Below are positions 16,465 through 26,410 of a DNA stretch of 64,000 nt, piece by piece. Source of the stretch: an uncultured bacterium (GTDB lineage: Bacteria; Fidelibacterota; Marinisomatia; Marinisomatales; Marinisomataceae); contig CALSRE010000001.1 of assembly GCA_943788675.1 (NCBI GenBank), positions 49,400 to 113,399 of the forward strand. Direction: 5' to 3'. Made by a program: the position numbers and the translations under genes. The notes below the pieces were generated by a model. That model made no database searches and was not told the DNA's origin. It was given only the letters and a program-made list of their open reading frames with translations. Each line of letters opens with the position of its first letter. The first letter of the stretch is position 1.

Positions 16465-18324
16465 TTATAATTCTAGCTCAATAAATATTTTTTTTGATAA
16501 ATCAAATTGTCCATGAGATTGAACATTTTCTGAAATCTGAATATTATTATTCGAAGAACATTTTCCGATATTAGCGTGAGTAGATTTTAATCCTCCATAA
16601 TACCATCTTACGTCTGATATGTATGCGAAATCACCTTCCTTTGCACCAAGCTCATCCATTAATCTTTGCGGTAAATTAATTTCGTTAGATGTGTTTTTAG
16701 CAACTTCAATCATCTCGCCATTAAAGGTAATTTTACTTCCAGCATTTTCATTTACTGTTGAACCCTTGAAATACTCTGGACCATCTTTAATGGTCCATAA
16801 AGTTAATCCTTTAATTTTTTCATAATGATCATTACCAGGCTTAGTAGTTAACAATGTTACAATCACTCCAATAGTTGTGCAGGCAAATACATTATAGAGC
16901 GCTCTTATGTATGACCATGGTTTTGCTTCAACGTACTCTATTCCATGTGAGAATGGTTGAACAAAAAATTGTGGATACTGGATACCTAAGAATATAAAAA
17001 CTGCTCCTAATAAAAACGTTAATATGGCAGCCCTCGAAGAGAAGCGTTGCCAGAAAATTCCTAAAAATATCACTGTGACCATAGGTGGAGTTACCACACT
17101 GTGAAAAGCTCCATGTGCTTCATATATTGTTCCATATTGTGCAAATAAGAATGCTGCTTGAATACCAATAAAAGTTACCAGCAGAGAAGTAAGCATAGAT
17201 ACTCTCAGACGTGTTTTCTCTGAAGGATTTTTGCTTAATGGAGTATATACATCGTTTACAGCAACTGCTGCTGAAGCGTTAATTTGAGAATCTAGACTTG
17301 ACATTAAAGCTGCAACAACAGCTGCAACTAAAAATGCAAAAATTGGTTCAGAATTAGATACTAAAGAAGCAACTACAGTGAAGATTCCATTAGGATTTGT
17401 TGTTTCAGGAATGATATTAGGATTAATATTAGCGATAGCTCTTGCAATCCATCCGGAATTAGAAACAGCTACAGTTCCAATTGGTAGAAATACGAGTACA
17501 TTCATCATTGTTGCTCTTCTAGCATGCACTACAGAGCGAGATGCTAAAAATCGCATAATTACTGCTTGATTCATAAAGGCAAATCCAACTGATCCTACCA
17601 CTCCATCTTGCCAGAAAATGCCAACAAAATTAAAATCTGGAGGTGAGTTAAAATCAGCTAATGGTAATTTATTTGTTGTAGAAAGATTATCCCAGAATAA
17701 ATCAAATCCACCAATGTATGCAATACCTAACCCAAAAATTAATAAGCCTGCAAAGAGTAAAATTACTCCTTGAAGAAAATCAGTAAAGATGATAGCAGTT
17801 TGCCCGCCGAGCGAAACATATACTCCTGAAATCACCGCAACTACAATAATAATAGTATTTATTTCCCATCCTAATATGGGCTGCAATAATGATCCAAGCG
17901 CTAATAACCCAATACCAATATAGCCAATAAGATATAATAACATAGTAACTGTTGATAAATTTCTTACTGTTGAATTAAAACGTCTTTCAAAATATTCAGG
18001 AATAGAATTAACCTGCATATAATAAATAATTGGTATCCAGCCAAATAACAATAATGGCATGAAGAACCAATCATTCATGTAAGTCATTGTGGATGAAAAA
18101 CCATATTCAAATCCTTTAGATGCATACTTTGCAAAACTATGAGACCCCACACCAGTAGCTAACATAGACATTCCAATTAACCACCAAGAAAATCTTCTCC
18201 CTCCGAAGAAAAAGTCTTCAGTAGACTGATTATTTCGAGCAAAAAATAAACCAGCACCTAAGACAAAAAATACATATGCAGTAAGAATAACCCAAAAAAG
18301 TTCTGTTGTTGGAATCGTTGTCAT
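16465..18324 (-). CDS. sodium:solute symporter (SSF) family transporter with ~110-aa soluble C-terminal extension
   Basis: 619 aa. The first ~500 aa are polytopic with SSF-like organisation (GGRRFSWW..., GGQTAIIFTDFLQG). The tail (KIKGLTLWTIKDG...FIELEL) is hydrophilic. Confidence 0.75.
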   Translation of the reverse strand: MTTIPTTELFWVILTAYVFFVLGAGLFFARNNQSTEDFFFGGRRFSWWLIGMSMLATGVGSHSFAKYASKGFEYGFSSTMTYMNDWFFMPLLLFGWIPIIYYMQVNSIPEYFERRFNSTVRNLSTVTMLLYLIGYIGIGLLALGSLLQPILGWEINTIIIVVAVISGVYVSLGGQTAIIFTDFLQGVILLFAGLLIFGLGIAYIGGFDLFWDNLSTTNKLPLADFNSPPDFNFVGIFWQDGVVGSVGFAFMNQAVIMRFLASRSVVHARRATMMNVLVFLPIGTVAVSNSGWIARAIANINPNIIPETTNPNGIFTVVASLVSNSEPIFAFLVAAVVAALMSSLDSQINASAAVAVNDVYTPLSKNPSEKTRLRVSMLTSLLVTFIGIQAAFLFAQYGTIYEAHGAFHSVVTPPMVTVIFLGIFWQRFSSRAAILTFLLGAVFIFLGIQYPQFFVQPFSHGIEYVEAKPWSYIRALYNVFACTTIGVIVTLLTTKPGNDHYEKIKGLTLWTIKDGPEYFKGSTVNENAGSKITFNGEMIEVAKNTSNEINLPQRLMDELGAKEGDFAYISDVRWYYGGLKSTHANIGKCSSNNNIQISENVQSHGQFDLSKKIFIELEL

Positions 18325-19103
18325 GAAAGCTTCCTTGTTAACAGCATCACATTAAATACATACATTAATAAAATAACAAAATATAATTGCGGGGAATCAT
18401 TCAAAGCAGAAACAGTCATTAATAAATGAATAGAGGAAACATAAATGAAGCCCCAAACAAGAATTTGAATCCAAATCTTATATTCATTCCAAAATTTTTG
18501 ACCTCCATATGCTTTAAATACTGCAAACAATCCACCGCCAAAAATTAAAACTCCAAAACCGTATTGATATATAAAAGGAAGCCATGAATGTGAAAATAAA
18601 TCCATTATAGACTCTTCCTGAAATAAGGTAGATAATTGCTTAAATGTATCATCCAATGTTTGAGGCATTACTTTGGTATTGCCAATTACAGGCATAAACG
18701 ATGTATCTGATTTCCATCTAGGAACAATATGAAAATGTAAATGTGATTGGATAGATGCTCCAGAACCTTCACCTATATTTGCTCCAAAGTTAAAACCATC
18801 ACAATTGAAATTTGCTCTTAATATTTTCATAATTTTTTTTGATAAAGTAATTATTTCACTTAATGTTGCATCTTCTAAATCTTCAAATCTATCTACTTCA
18901 TTATAAGGAACAACCATTAGGTGTCCATTATTGTACGGATAATAATTCATTATAACATAACAATTATTAGAGCGATGCAATATCAAATTTTCTCTATCAT
19001 TCGATTCGTTCGCTTTATCTAAAAATATTTTCTGAGAATCTCCTTTTTTATTTTCAAGGTAATCCATTTTCCATGGAGCCCATAAATGTTTTTGATTACT
19101 CAT
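18321..19103 (-). CDS. HIT-family nucleotide hydrolase/transferase fused in frame to a ~95-aa multi-TM C-terminal segment
   Basis: N-terminal LWAPWKMDYL, NYYPYNNGHLMVVP and the histidine triad HLHFHIVPRW. The C-terminal residues ~165-260 form about three hydrophobic helices. A 4-nt overlap (ATGA) joins it to the downstream SSF gene. Confidence 0.7.
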   Translation of the reverse strand: MSNQKHLWAPWKMDYLENKKGDSQKIFLDKANESNDRENLILHRSNNCYVIMNYYPYNNGHLMVVPYNEVDRFEDLEDATLSEIITLSKKIMKILRANFNCDGFNFGANIGEGSGASIQSHLHFHIVPRWKSDTSFMPVIGNTKVMPQTLDDTFKQLSTLFQEESIMDLFSHSWLPFIYQYGFGVLIFGGGLFAVFKAYGGQKFWNEYKIWIQILVWGFIYVSSIHLLMTVSALNDSPQLYFVILLMYVFNVMLLTRKLS

Positions 19104-19380
19104 ATACTTTATCTGTTTTTGCTTGTTCTATTAAATCTCTTAATACGGGCTTAATATAAACATTTTCAAGATTAATTTGACTAAAACACTTTGCCAAAAC
19201 ATGTAATCGTTGATCCAATGGTTTGTGTTTATTGATTACAATGGTATTGTTTGCAAAAAGTAAACAATTGTCTCCGTTAAAATCTCCTTTATCATGGATA
19301 ATTTTAATATCACACTTTTCTCCTAGAGATAAAAAGTCTTCTAGCAATTGAGTTTTTTTCTTATCAAGCTTTCTTTTCAT
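19096..19380 (-). CDS. hypothetical 94-aa protein
   Basis: Intact ORF that overlaps the HIT gene by 8 nt and the upstream broken cytidylyltransferase by ATGA. No family recognised. Confidence 0.45.
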   Translation of the reverse strand: MKRKLDKKKTQLLEDFLSLGEKCDIKIIHDKGDFNGDNCLLFANNTIVINKHKPLDQRLHVLAKCFSQINLENVYIKPVLRDLIEQAKTDKVYE

Positions 19381-19795
19381 TTACCAAGACCTGTTAAATC
19401 ACTACTACTTCGTATTTTTGATCCTAAACCATCTACCATCTTAATATTATATTTTTCCATTACAGCAGTTTCAGGTATCTCATTTAATAGATCTATCTCC
19501 TCCATTAGCAAAGATATCAGGCTATAATGCGCTCTAAGCTCTTACACACACTTTTATCATTCATCAATACTTAAAAAAACCTCATCAACACATCTTAAGG
19601 CAGCTACTATCTCCATTCTGTCTTTTTCATCCATAAATGTTGAGCCTTTTTTTAGCTTTGCTTGTAGATTATTATTAATAATAACTATTAAATTATCTCC
19701 TAGTTTTTTTGCCAATTGCTAGATATTCTAAGATGTCCTACATGTATTGGATCAAAATACCCACTTACAGCTACTGTTGTTAATTTTTTATTCAT
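19377..19795 (-). pseudogene. cytidylyl/adenylyl-transferase-like gene (HldE-domain-II-like), multiply frameshifted
   Basis: Starts MNKKLTTVAVSGYFDPIHVGH. Stitching frames recovers LEYLAIGKK, KKLGDNLIVIINNNLQAKLKKGSTFMDEKDRMEIVAALRCVDEVFLSIDE, DIFANGGDR-like and MVDGLGSKIRSSS segments. At least 5 frame changes or stops are needed, and no ORF of 60 aa or more is present in the track. Confidence 0.6.
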
Positions 19796-20232
19796 TTATT
19801 TCTCCAATCTGTTATTTCTATTTCCCAATTTTCTCTTAAAGTTAACGTATCCGGATATACTAAAAATTTTTCTGATAATAAATTCTCGCTAAAAGATCCT
19901 GTATCAAGCAATCTGATTATTATTTCTATCTTGAAAAGCTATTAACTGATAGCTCTCCTTCAACAGCATTGATTATACTAAATTTTCCATCAATACCTAC
20001 ATTGGCTAAAAAGGAATGAGATTTATTACTAATTCTTACAATCATTGGTAGTATAAAATTTCCACTAACTTTTCCTAATAAGGTTGCATTACTAGTCTAC
20101 ATCAATTTCTTCAGTTGCAAGACTATCTGCTTCTTCTATTAATTGCTTGTTAAAAAAGAAATTTGCTTTACCTATGATATCCTTTTGAATGGATATTTGC
20201 GACAAGACTGCTGAAAGATACAATATTATCAT
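19792..20232 (-). pseudogene. unidentified gene, broken by several stops/frameshifts
   Basis: Begins MIILYLSAVLSQISIQKDIIGKANFFFNKQLIEEADSLATEEIDVD, then continues in other frames (LLGKVSGNFILPMIVRISNKSHSFLANVGIDGKFSIINAVEGELSVNSF; LLDTGSFSENLLSEKFLVYPDTLTLRENWEIEITDWRNK). ATGA overlaps with both neighbours indicate a real gene slot. Confidence 0.4.
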
Positions 20233-20530
20233 TCAGAGTTTAATCTTCTATTATATTTATCTACAGCCAAAATAGTATAATCATCATAGGGTAGAAAATC
20301 AAAATTGTAAGAGCTAGATCCTGATAATATATAGTCTGGCTCAATGCTTAACATTTCCTCTTTGCTAATCTTGCCTTGCCACAACAAAATAGATGGCTTA
20401 GTAAATGACACCATATATTTCTCCACGAATCTTACCATCATTTATTAAACTTGATAAGCTAAATGGAATCACTATATCCTCCTTTAAGCTTGACATTATG
20501 TTCGTCTGCAAAATTTGAGTTTAATGTCAT
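20229..20530 (-). pseudogene. unidentified gene, at least two frameshifts
   Basis: MTLNSNFADEHNVKLK, then EDIVIPFSLSSLINDGKIRGEIYGVIY, then FTKPSILLWQGKISKEEMLSIEPDYILSGSSSYNFDFLPYDDYTILAVDKYNRRLNSE, read in three frames. Confidence 0.4.
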
Positions 20531-20543
20531 TATATAGGTTTTA

Positions 20544-20837
20544 TTATGTTATCAAGACCGCTTGGAAGTCGTTACAACCACCTCTATCTCCTTTATATTC
20601 ATATTGAATTTTTTCATTTACATTTGGGAAAATTTCAATTGCTTTTTTTAAAGACTCCTCCTGAATGTACTCATTAAAAAAAAGGGTTATATTTTGTTCA
20701 GATGATAAATTAGTTAAATCGCTAGGCAATGTTTTTTTTAACTACAGGTGGCATTGAGTCTTCATCGCCGCCAGAAGGAGACATGACCGATGCACAAGAA
20801 CATAAAAAAATAATGATAATAAATAAATATTACGCAT
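20544..20837 (-). pseudogene. small lipoprotein gene interrupted at two homopolymer runs
   Basis: MRNIYLLSL.. then IIIFLCSCASVMSPSGGDEDSMPPVVKK (lipobox LCSC) then LPSDLTNLSSEQ...AVLIT. Frame changes fall in plus-strand A7 (20804-20810) and T8 (20732-20739). The start overlaps the bcp stop. Confidence 0.5.
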
Positions 20838-21290
20838 TAAGTGACTCAAGAACGTCTTTTGCATGTGTAACAGTTTTAACTTTATCATATGTTTTTTCAA
20901 TATTTCCTTCTTCATCAATTAAATATGATATTCTAAGAATACCTTCATATTCTTTTCCATACATTTTTTTTAATCCCCATGCTTTATATGCTTTAAGAAC
21001 CTTTCAATTCTTCATCTGATAGAATATCAAATTTAAAACTATTTTTGATACAGAAAGTTTTTTTGTGCTTTTATTGAGTCTTTGCTTATACCGATAATTG
21101 AAATATTTTTTTTCTTATATACTTTTATTTGATCATTCAATCCAATACCTTCTTTAGTGCACCCGCTAGTACTTGCCTTTGGAAAAAACCAAATGAATAC
21201 TTTAGATCCTATAAAGTCTGATAAAGAGATATTTTTATCATCTTGATTTTTTAAAACAAACAATGGAGCTTTTTGGCCTACTTCTAACAT
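20830..21290 (-). pseudogene. bcp: peroxiredoxin Bcp (thiol peroxidase), two frameshifts
   Basis: N-terminal ORF 21039-21290 carries FFPKASTSGCTKE (peroxidatic Cys). The remainder (FCIKNSFKFDILSDEELK; VLKAYKAWGLKKMYGKEYEGILRISYLIDEEGNIEKTYDKVKTVTHAKDVLESLNA) is in other frames. The first shift is in T7 at 21058-21064. Confidence 0.7.
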
Positions 21291-21293
21291 TTT

Positions 21294-22415
21294 TTAATTA
21301 TCATAATTTTGTAAATATTCTTCTGACCATTTTACAAAAGTATTATTATTAATTTCATTTTTTATTTCTTTAATCAAATCAAAATAGTAGGCAATATTTG
21401 TAAGTGTAGCAATTCTCAATCCAAACATTTCATTAACTTTAAAAAGGTGACGTAAGTAGGATTTTGAAAATTGTGTTGCAAATTCAATTGAGCTATGTTG
21501 ATCAATTGGGGAGGTATCATGTGTATATTTACTATTCGTTATATTTATTACACCATCGTGCGTAAAGATTTGTCCATTTCTTGCATTTCTAGCAGGTAAT
21601 ACACAGTCAAACATATCTACGCCTCTTAAAATAGCTTTTACTAAATCTGTCGGTTTTCCAACCCCCATCAAATATCTTGGCTGATCAATTGGCATATTTT
21701 TTCCTAATAGCTCTACTGTATCTAGCATAGGCTCTTTTTTTTCTCCAACTGAAAGTCCACCTATAGCAATTCCACACTTTGCAAACGGAAGCATTTGTTC
21801 TAAGCATTTCATTCTTTCCGATGGGTCTATTCCACCTTGAATAATTGGAAACATAGTTTGGTTATGTCCATACACATTGGACTTACTTTCGATATACTCA
21901 AACGCCTTCCTAGTCCAATCTTCAGTAAGTCTCGAAGCTCTTTTAAGTTCTTTTTTTGAACAGTCTGCAGGAGGACAATAATCAAATGCCATAATAATAT
22001 CTGAACCAAGCTGCCTTTGAACTTCCATGGATTTTTCTGGAGTAAAAAAATGTTTACTTCCATCTAAATGCGAACGGAAATTAACTCCTGTTTCAGTAAT
22101 TTTATTCATATTGCTTAAAGAAAATACTTGATACCCGCCACTATCTGTTAAGATACTTTTATTCCAATTTAGAAATTTATGCAACCCACCATTTTCATGA
22201 ATGATTTCCGTTCCTGGCCTTAAATATAGATGATAGGTATTTGATAACATTATCTCTACTTCAAGATCATGAAGGTCGTTAGGAGAAAGTGATTTTACTA
22301 CTCCGTGAGTTCCAACTGGCATAAAAACAGGTGTTTCGATTATAGAATGATCTGTTTCAATTTTACCAGTACGTGCTAATGAATGATCATCTTCCGATAA
22401 AACAGTGAATTTCAA
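21294..22415 (-). CDS. tgt: queuine tRNA-ribosyltransferase
   Basis: 373 aa with TPVFMPVGTHG, DSGGYQVFS and a conserved C-terminal region. Confidence 0.9.
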   Translation of the reverse strand: MKFTVLSEDDHSLARTGKIETDHSIIETPVFMPVGTHGVVKSLSPNDLHDLEVEIMLSNTYHLYLRPGTEIIHENGGLHKFLNWNKSILTDSGGYQVFSLSNMNKITETGVNFRSHLDGSKHFFTPEKSMEVQRQLGSDIIMAFDYCPPADCSKKELKRASRLTEDWTRKAFEYIESKSNVYGHNQTMFPIIQGGIDPSERMKCLEQMLPFAKCGIAIGGLSVGEKKEPMLDTVELLGKNMPIDQPRYLMGVGKPTDLVKAILRGVDMFDCVLPARNARNGQIFTHDGVINITNSKYTHDTSPIDQHSSIEFATQFSKSYLRHLFKVNEMFGLRIATLTNIAYYFDLIKEIKNEINNNTFVKWSEEYLQNYDN

Positions 22416-22421
22416 TCTTGT

Positions 22422-25400
22422 TTACCAATCATAGCCAAAGGATACAATATATTGGGGCTTAGAGTACCCACCACTTGGATATTTATCCCACGCTGTATCA
22501 ATTCTAATTAATGCAAAAGGAGTAAATATTTTAGTACCAAATCCAAAAGTAGTCAAAACTGGAGAAGCTTTAGGATCAGTTAATCCATACTTACTTCTAA
22601 CAAGCTCACTGTTATCAAATTCATCTAGAAGAATCCCATGCAGCACCAACATCTAAAAATATATGGCCAAAAATGTTTCCAAATCTTATTCTAGCAGGAA
22701 AACTAACGTCTACATAGTTTACAAATGGGAATCTAAATTCAAAATTTGCAACAGCAACATTTTCACCAACTCTTTCCCTATATCTAGCTCCCCTTAAAGG
22801 AAAAACATATTCACTGAAATATACATCTTCAAGGATGCTTGTATTATCATAGTCCAAAACTCTTTGAGCGTAAAATCCAGAATCATCCCTTCCTTCAGTT
22901 TGAGTATCAGAAAAAATCATCATTTGAGAATTACCACCTAAAAAGAATTTTTGAGGCTTATCACCCATACTCTTACCAAGCATCAATCTAGCTGCAAAGC
23001 TATAATTTCTACTTAGCTTAAAGTACTTTCTCATATCAAATTTAATGGTTTGAAAAGGAACAGAATTGCTACCAATATCTGGACTAAATTGGAAAGTTAA
23101 GTATTGCTTAAATCCATCTATTGGACCCGTATACCCATTTGTAGAATTATCAAATACAAAACTAGTTAGTGGAACAATAGCTTTTAAATTTTCTTCATAG
23201 ATAGTAGATGTATTGAAAGTAAAAATATCTAGTTCTTTGACAGTATAATTTACAGATCTAAGTGTTGCTCCAAAATCTATTCTTGAAAATTTAGAAAATG
23301 GATACTGACCGAAAAATCCAACGCCATAATCTTTAAGCTGACCTATAAAATCATAATTTAAGTTATAACCTAATGAAAATGTATTTGCTTGTTGAAACAG
23401 TGTAGTATAAAAATTTGTTCGATTTTTCAAATATGCGTACTGAATTACTAAATCGCTATTATCTAAATCTATTACAAGATTTGTTCCTATATTAATGCGA
23501 TGATCTCCCATTACATCGCTCCAAGCTAAATTTGCAACTCCCCTTGATCCAAAGAGGTTGTCAATAGTTGCTGATGTTGAAATATAATCAACTGAAAATT
23601 CTGTTTGATATTTTCTTGATATAAATTGATTATTAAATCTTAAAGAATCGATCTTAGATTCTTTCTGCTCTTTATTATCTGAATTTTTATATTTATAATT
23701 TTTGGCAAAAATATGGCTTGAATAGTTTTGCTGAGTAGCAACTTTTTTATTTTTCTTTAAAAATCTTAAATCTTCAAAATCATTGCTTATACCTTTTTCT
23801 GCAAAATATTTTGTTTGTTTAACTTCCTTTTCTAAAACTTGATTAGCATTACTCATCAAGTATAAATCCCATCCTCGTTCTTTATATCCTGAAAAAATTA
23901 TATTATTATTTTTATCTATATCAATTTGCTGTATACCTGTAATCACGTTAGTGATTGGAAATGAGTCGTTGCTAGAAAGATTGTGTTTAAAAATATTAGT
24001 AATACCATTAAAGTCTGAAGTATAAAATAAATCTCCATCAGCATTTGCCAAAGGGTAATTTTCATTTGCAGATGTATTAGTAATTTGGGTTACTTGAGTA
24101 TCACTAAAGTCATATTCATAAATATCTGTTTGTGAAAAATCGACATCAAACATTGCATTAATATCAGAATTAACTCCTCTGTCTGATGTAAAATATATTT
24201 TTGATCCATCAGGTGACCAGCTTGGTGAGGCTTCGGAAAATATATCGTTGGTTATATTTTTTACTTCATTACTGTCCAAGTCAATAACATATATATCACT
24301 TGAATCATCTTTATGTCCCATAAATGCAATTCGGTTTTCAGATGGATGCCAAGACGTTGTAAAAACTCCATCTAAGTCAATTGGGATTTTTTCATATTTT
24401 CCAGATTGTACATCTACAATAATGATTGAGTCTTGTTCTCCGCTTTTAGAAGCAAAAGATATAAACTTGCCATCAGGTGACCAAGAAATACCTGGTTGCA
24501 ACCATTTCAATTCCTCAAAATCTGGGGTTGTATTACCTCTAATTAACCTCTTTTTTTGTTTTTCTGATTCAACTTCATATAGAATTAAATCCATATAACC
24601 ACTCTGATCTGTAAAATATGCTACTGTATTTCCATCTGGAGAAAAAGAAGGACTCACATTATAAAAATTTCTCGTCTTTGATCTATCAGTAATTTTTGTT
24701 GAAAAGTCATCAAAGTTTTCTCTATTTATCAGGTCAGGCCAGTATTCTCTTTTCAAAAAATCATGCCAATTATCGGTGAGTTTTTCAAAATCAACTCCTA
24801 AAGCACTTTCAAAACCTCTTTCGGCATTTTGAGTTCTCCTCATTTGTTGAAATATTTCTCCAACTTTTTCTCGACCATATTTTTGGGTAATATATTGCCA
24901 AACTGATTGTCCCCCTTTATAGGCAAGAATAGAATAATTTAGTTCTGGAATCGACGGCAACCTTTCTTCAATAGCTAAATCTCTAAGTACCATGTCCGAA
25001 TTAGTGTCCCAGTCTACTGATAAAAATTCTGCTAAACCCTCATTAGCCCATAAAGGTACTTGTAGTAATATTCTACCACTAATAAGACCTTGAGCATTTC
25101 CACCGTAAACTAATTCATTTATTGCGGCATGTACCAACTCATGATGTATGACATGTTCAAATTGTGCATAAGATCCTTCAAAAGGGATTACAATTCTATT
25201 CTTATAGAGCTCTGTAACTCCTCCTACACCTTCAGACATATAAACATTAACAATATTGGTCTGCTGGAAATCATTATGGGAAGTATACACAATGATTTTA
25301 ATTGGCTTATTACTGGTCCATCTAAGATGCTTTCCAATCTGCTCCAATGATTTTTCAGCTACTTTAGAGGTAAAAATGGCTAAATCATAATTATCTCCGT

Positions 25401-25530
25401 AGTAATATACATTGGTATTTGGACTAACAACATATTCCCAGTCAAACGTATCATACTGTACTTTATTTTGACCAAAACTTTGGGCAAATAGTTGATTTAC
25501 AAATAATATTAGAATTAATATAGCTTTCAT
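22422..25530 (-). CDS. large outer-membrane protein: MA-type peptidase-like N-domain + TolB-like beta-propeller repeats + Omp85-type C-terminal barrel (one frameshift near the 3' end)
   Basis: Signal peptide, then an HHELVHA motif. Repeated xSxSPDG blades follow (PSFSPDGNTVAYF, SWSPDGKFISFA, PSWSPDGSKIYFTSDR). The long beta-rich C-terminus ends ...KPQYIVSFGYDW. ORFs 22621-25530 and 22422-22652 overlap, and the protein continues across them. Confidence 0.6.
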
Positions 25531-25677
25531 ATGATTTTATAAGTTAAAAAATTGATAAAGTTTCTAATAATTTAAAGACTGAAATTATTTTTTACTATCA
25601 AAGAATGAATAATTAGGTTTAAAAAAGATATAATATTAATTCATTGATGCAATTTTGATAAAAGATTAAGTTTTTCC

Positions 25678-26409
25678 ATGCAATTACCTATTTACTTTTT
25701 TGGAGATAATCATTTTTCTCCTACCCCATCTTTGTCAAATGATAAGAAAGTTAAAAAACTCAAAGAGTTTATTAATTCTCTTAAAGAAAACAATGGAAGC
25801 ATATTTATAATGGGAGATTTCTTTGATTATTACTTTGAGTACAAAAAAAATAATCCTGATAATTTTGAAGATATTTTTTTAATTCTCGATCAAATAAAAA
25901 AAAGAGGTTTTGAGATTTATTTCATGGCTGGTAATCATGACTATTGGATTGGAGATAAATTTCGTTCTTACACTACTAAATCATATCTAACCGATCAAAC
26001 TATATCCTCTGGGTCCAAAAAGATATATGTAACACACGGAGACGGAATACTATCATGGGACAAGGGATACAGAATTTTAAAAATAATTTTAAGAAGTAAG
26101 TTATTTAATTTTTTATACTCAATTCTTCCTAAGTCTGTTGCATTGAAGATAGCAGAAAAAATCTCTTATGAAAGAAAAGATTCTCATCAAATTAACAACA
26201 AATTACTAGAAAAAATTCACAATGAATTGATTAAATTTTCTAGAAAAAAGTGGAAAGAAGGATCAGATTTAGTAATAATGGGACACTATCATCACTCTTT
26301 CCATTACACTGAAAACAATAAAGAGCTTATCATTATTGATGATTGTTCAGAAGATGAGTTTAATTATGTCAAATATGATGGACAATCTATATCAATTAAT
26401 AGACTCTGA
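25678..26409 (+). CDS. lpxH: metallophosphoesterase, LpxH-like UDP-2,3-diacylglucosamine diphosphatase
   Basis: 243 aa with FFGDNHF, IMGDFFD, AGNHDYW, THGDG and MGHYHH calcineurin-fold motifs. Size and layout match LpxH. Confidence 0.55.
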   Translation: MQLPIYFFGDNHFSPTPSLSNDKKVKKLKEFINSLKENNGSIFIMGDFFDYYFEYKKNNPDNFEDIFLILDQIKKRGFEIYFMAGNHDYWIGDKFRSYTTKSYLTDQTISSGSKKIYVTHGDGILSWDKGYRILKIILRSKLFNFLYSILPKSVALKIAEKISYERKDSHQINNKLLEKIHNELIKFSRKKWKEGSDLVIMGHYHHSFHYTENNKELIIIDDCSEDEFNYVKYDGQSISINRL

Positions 26410-26410
26410 T

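Noticed and set aside
20729-21019. 96-aa plus-strand ORF in the broken region.
   Set aside because: The minus strand here encodes recognisable Bcp and lipoprotein sequence once frameshifts are bridged, so the plus-strand ORF is an antisense artefact.
24248-24598. Antisense ORFs of 60-140 aa inside long genes, for example 24248-24598, 35677-36021, 46226-46618, 52461-52877, 36405-36716 and 27383-27703.
   Set aside because: They lie opposite well-supported conserved genes. They have Ser/Leu/Ile/Phe-rich low-complexity composition typical of antisense frames in AT-rich DNA, and no RBS or family resemblance.
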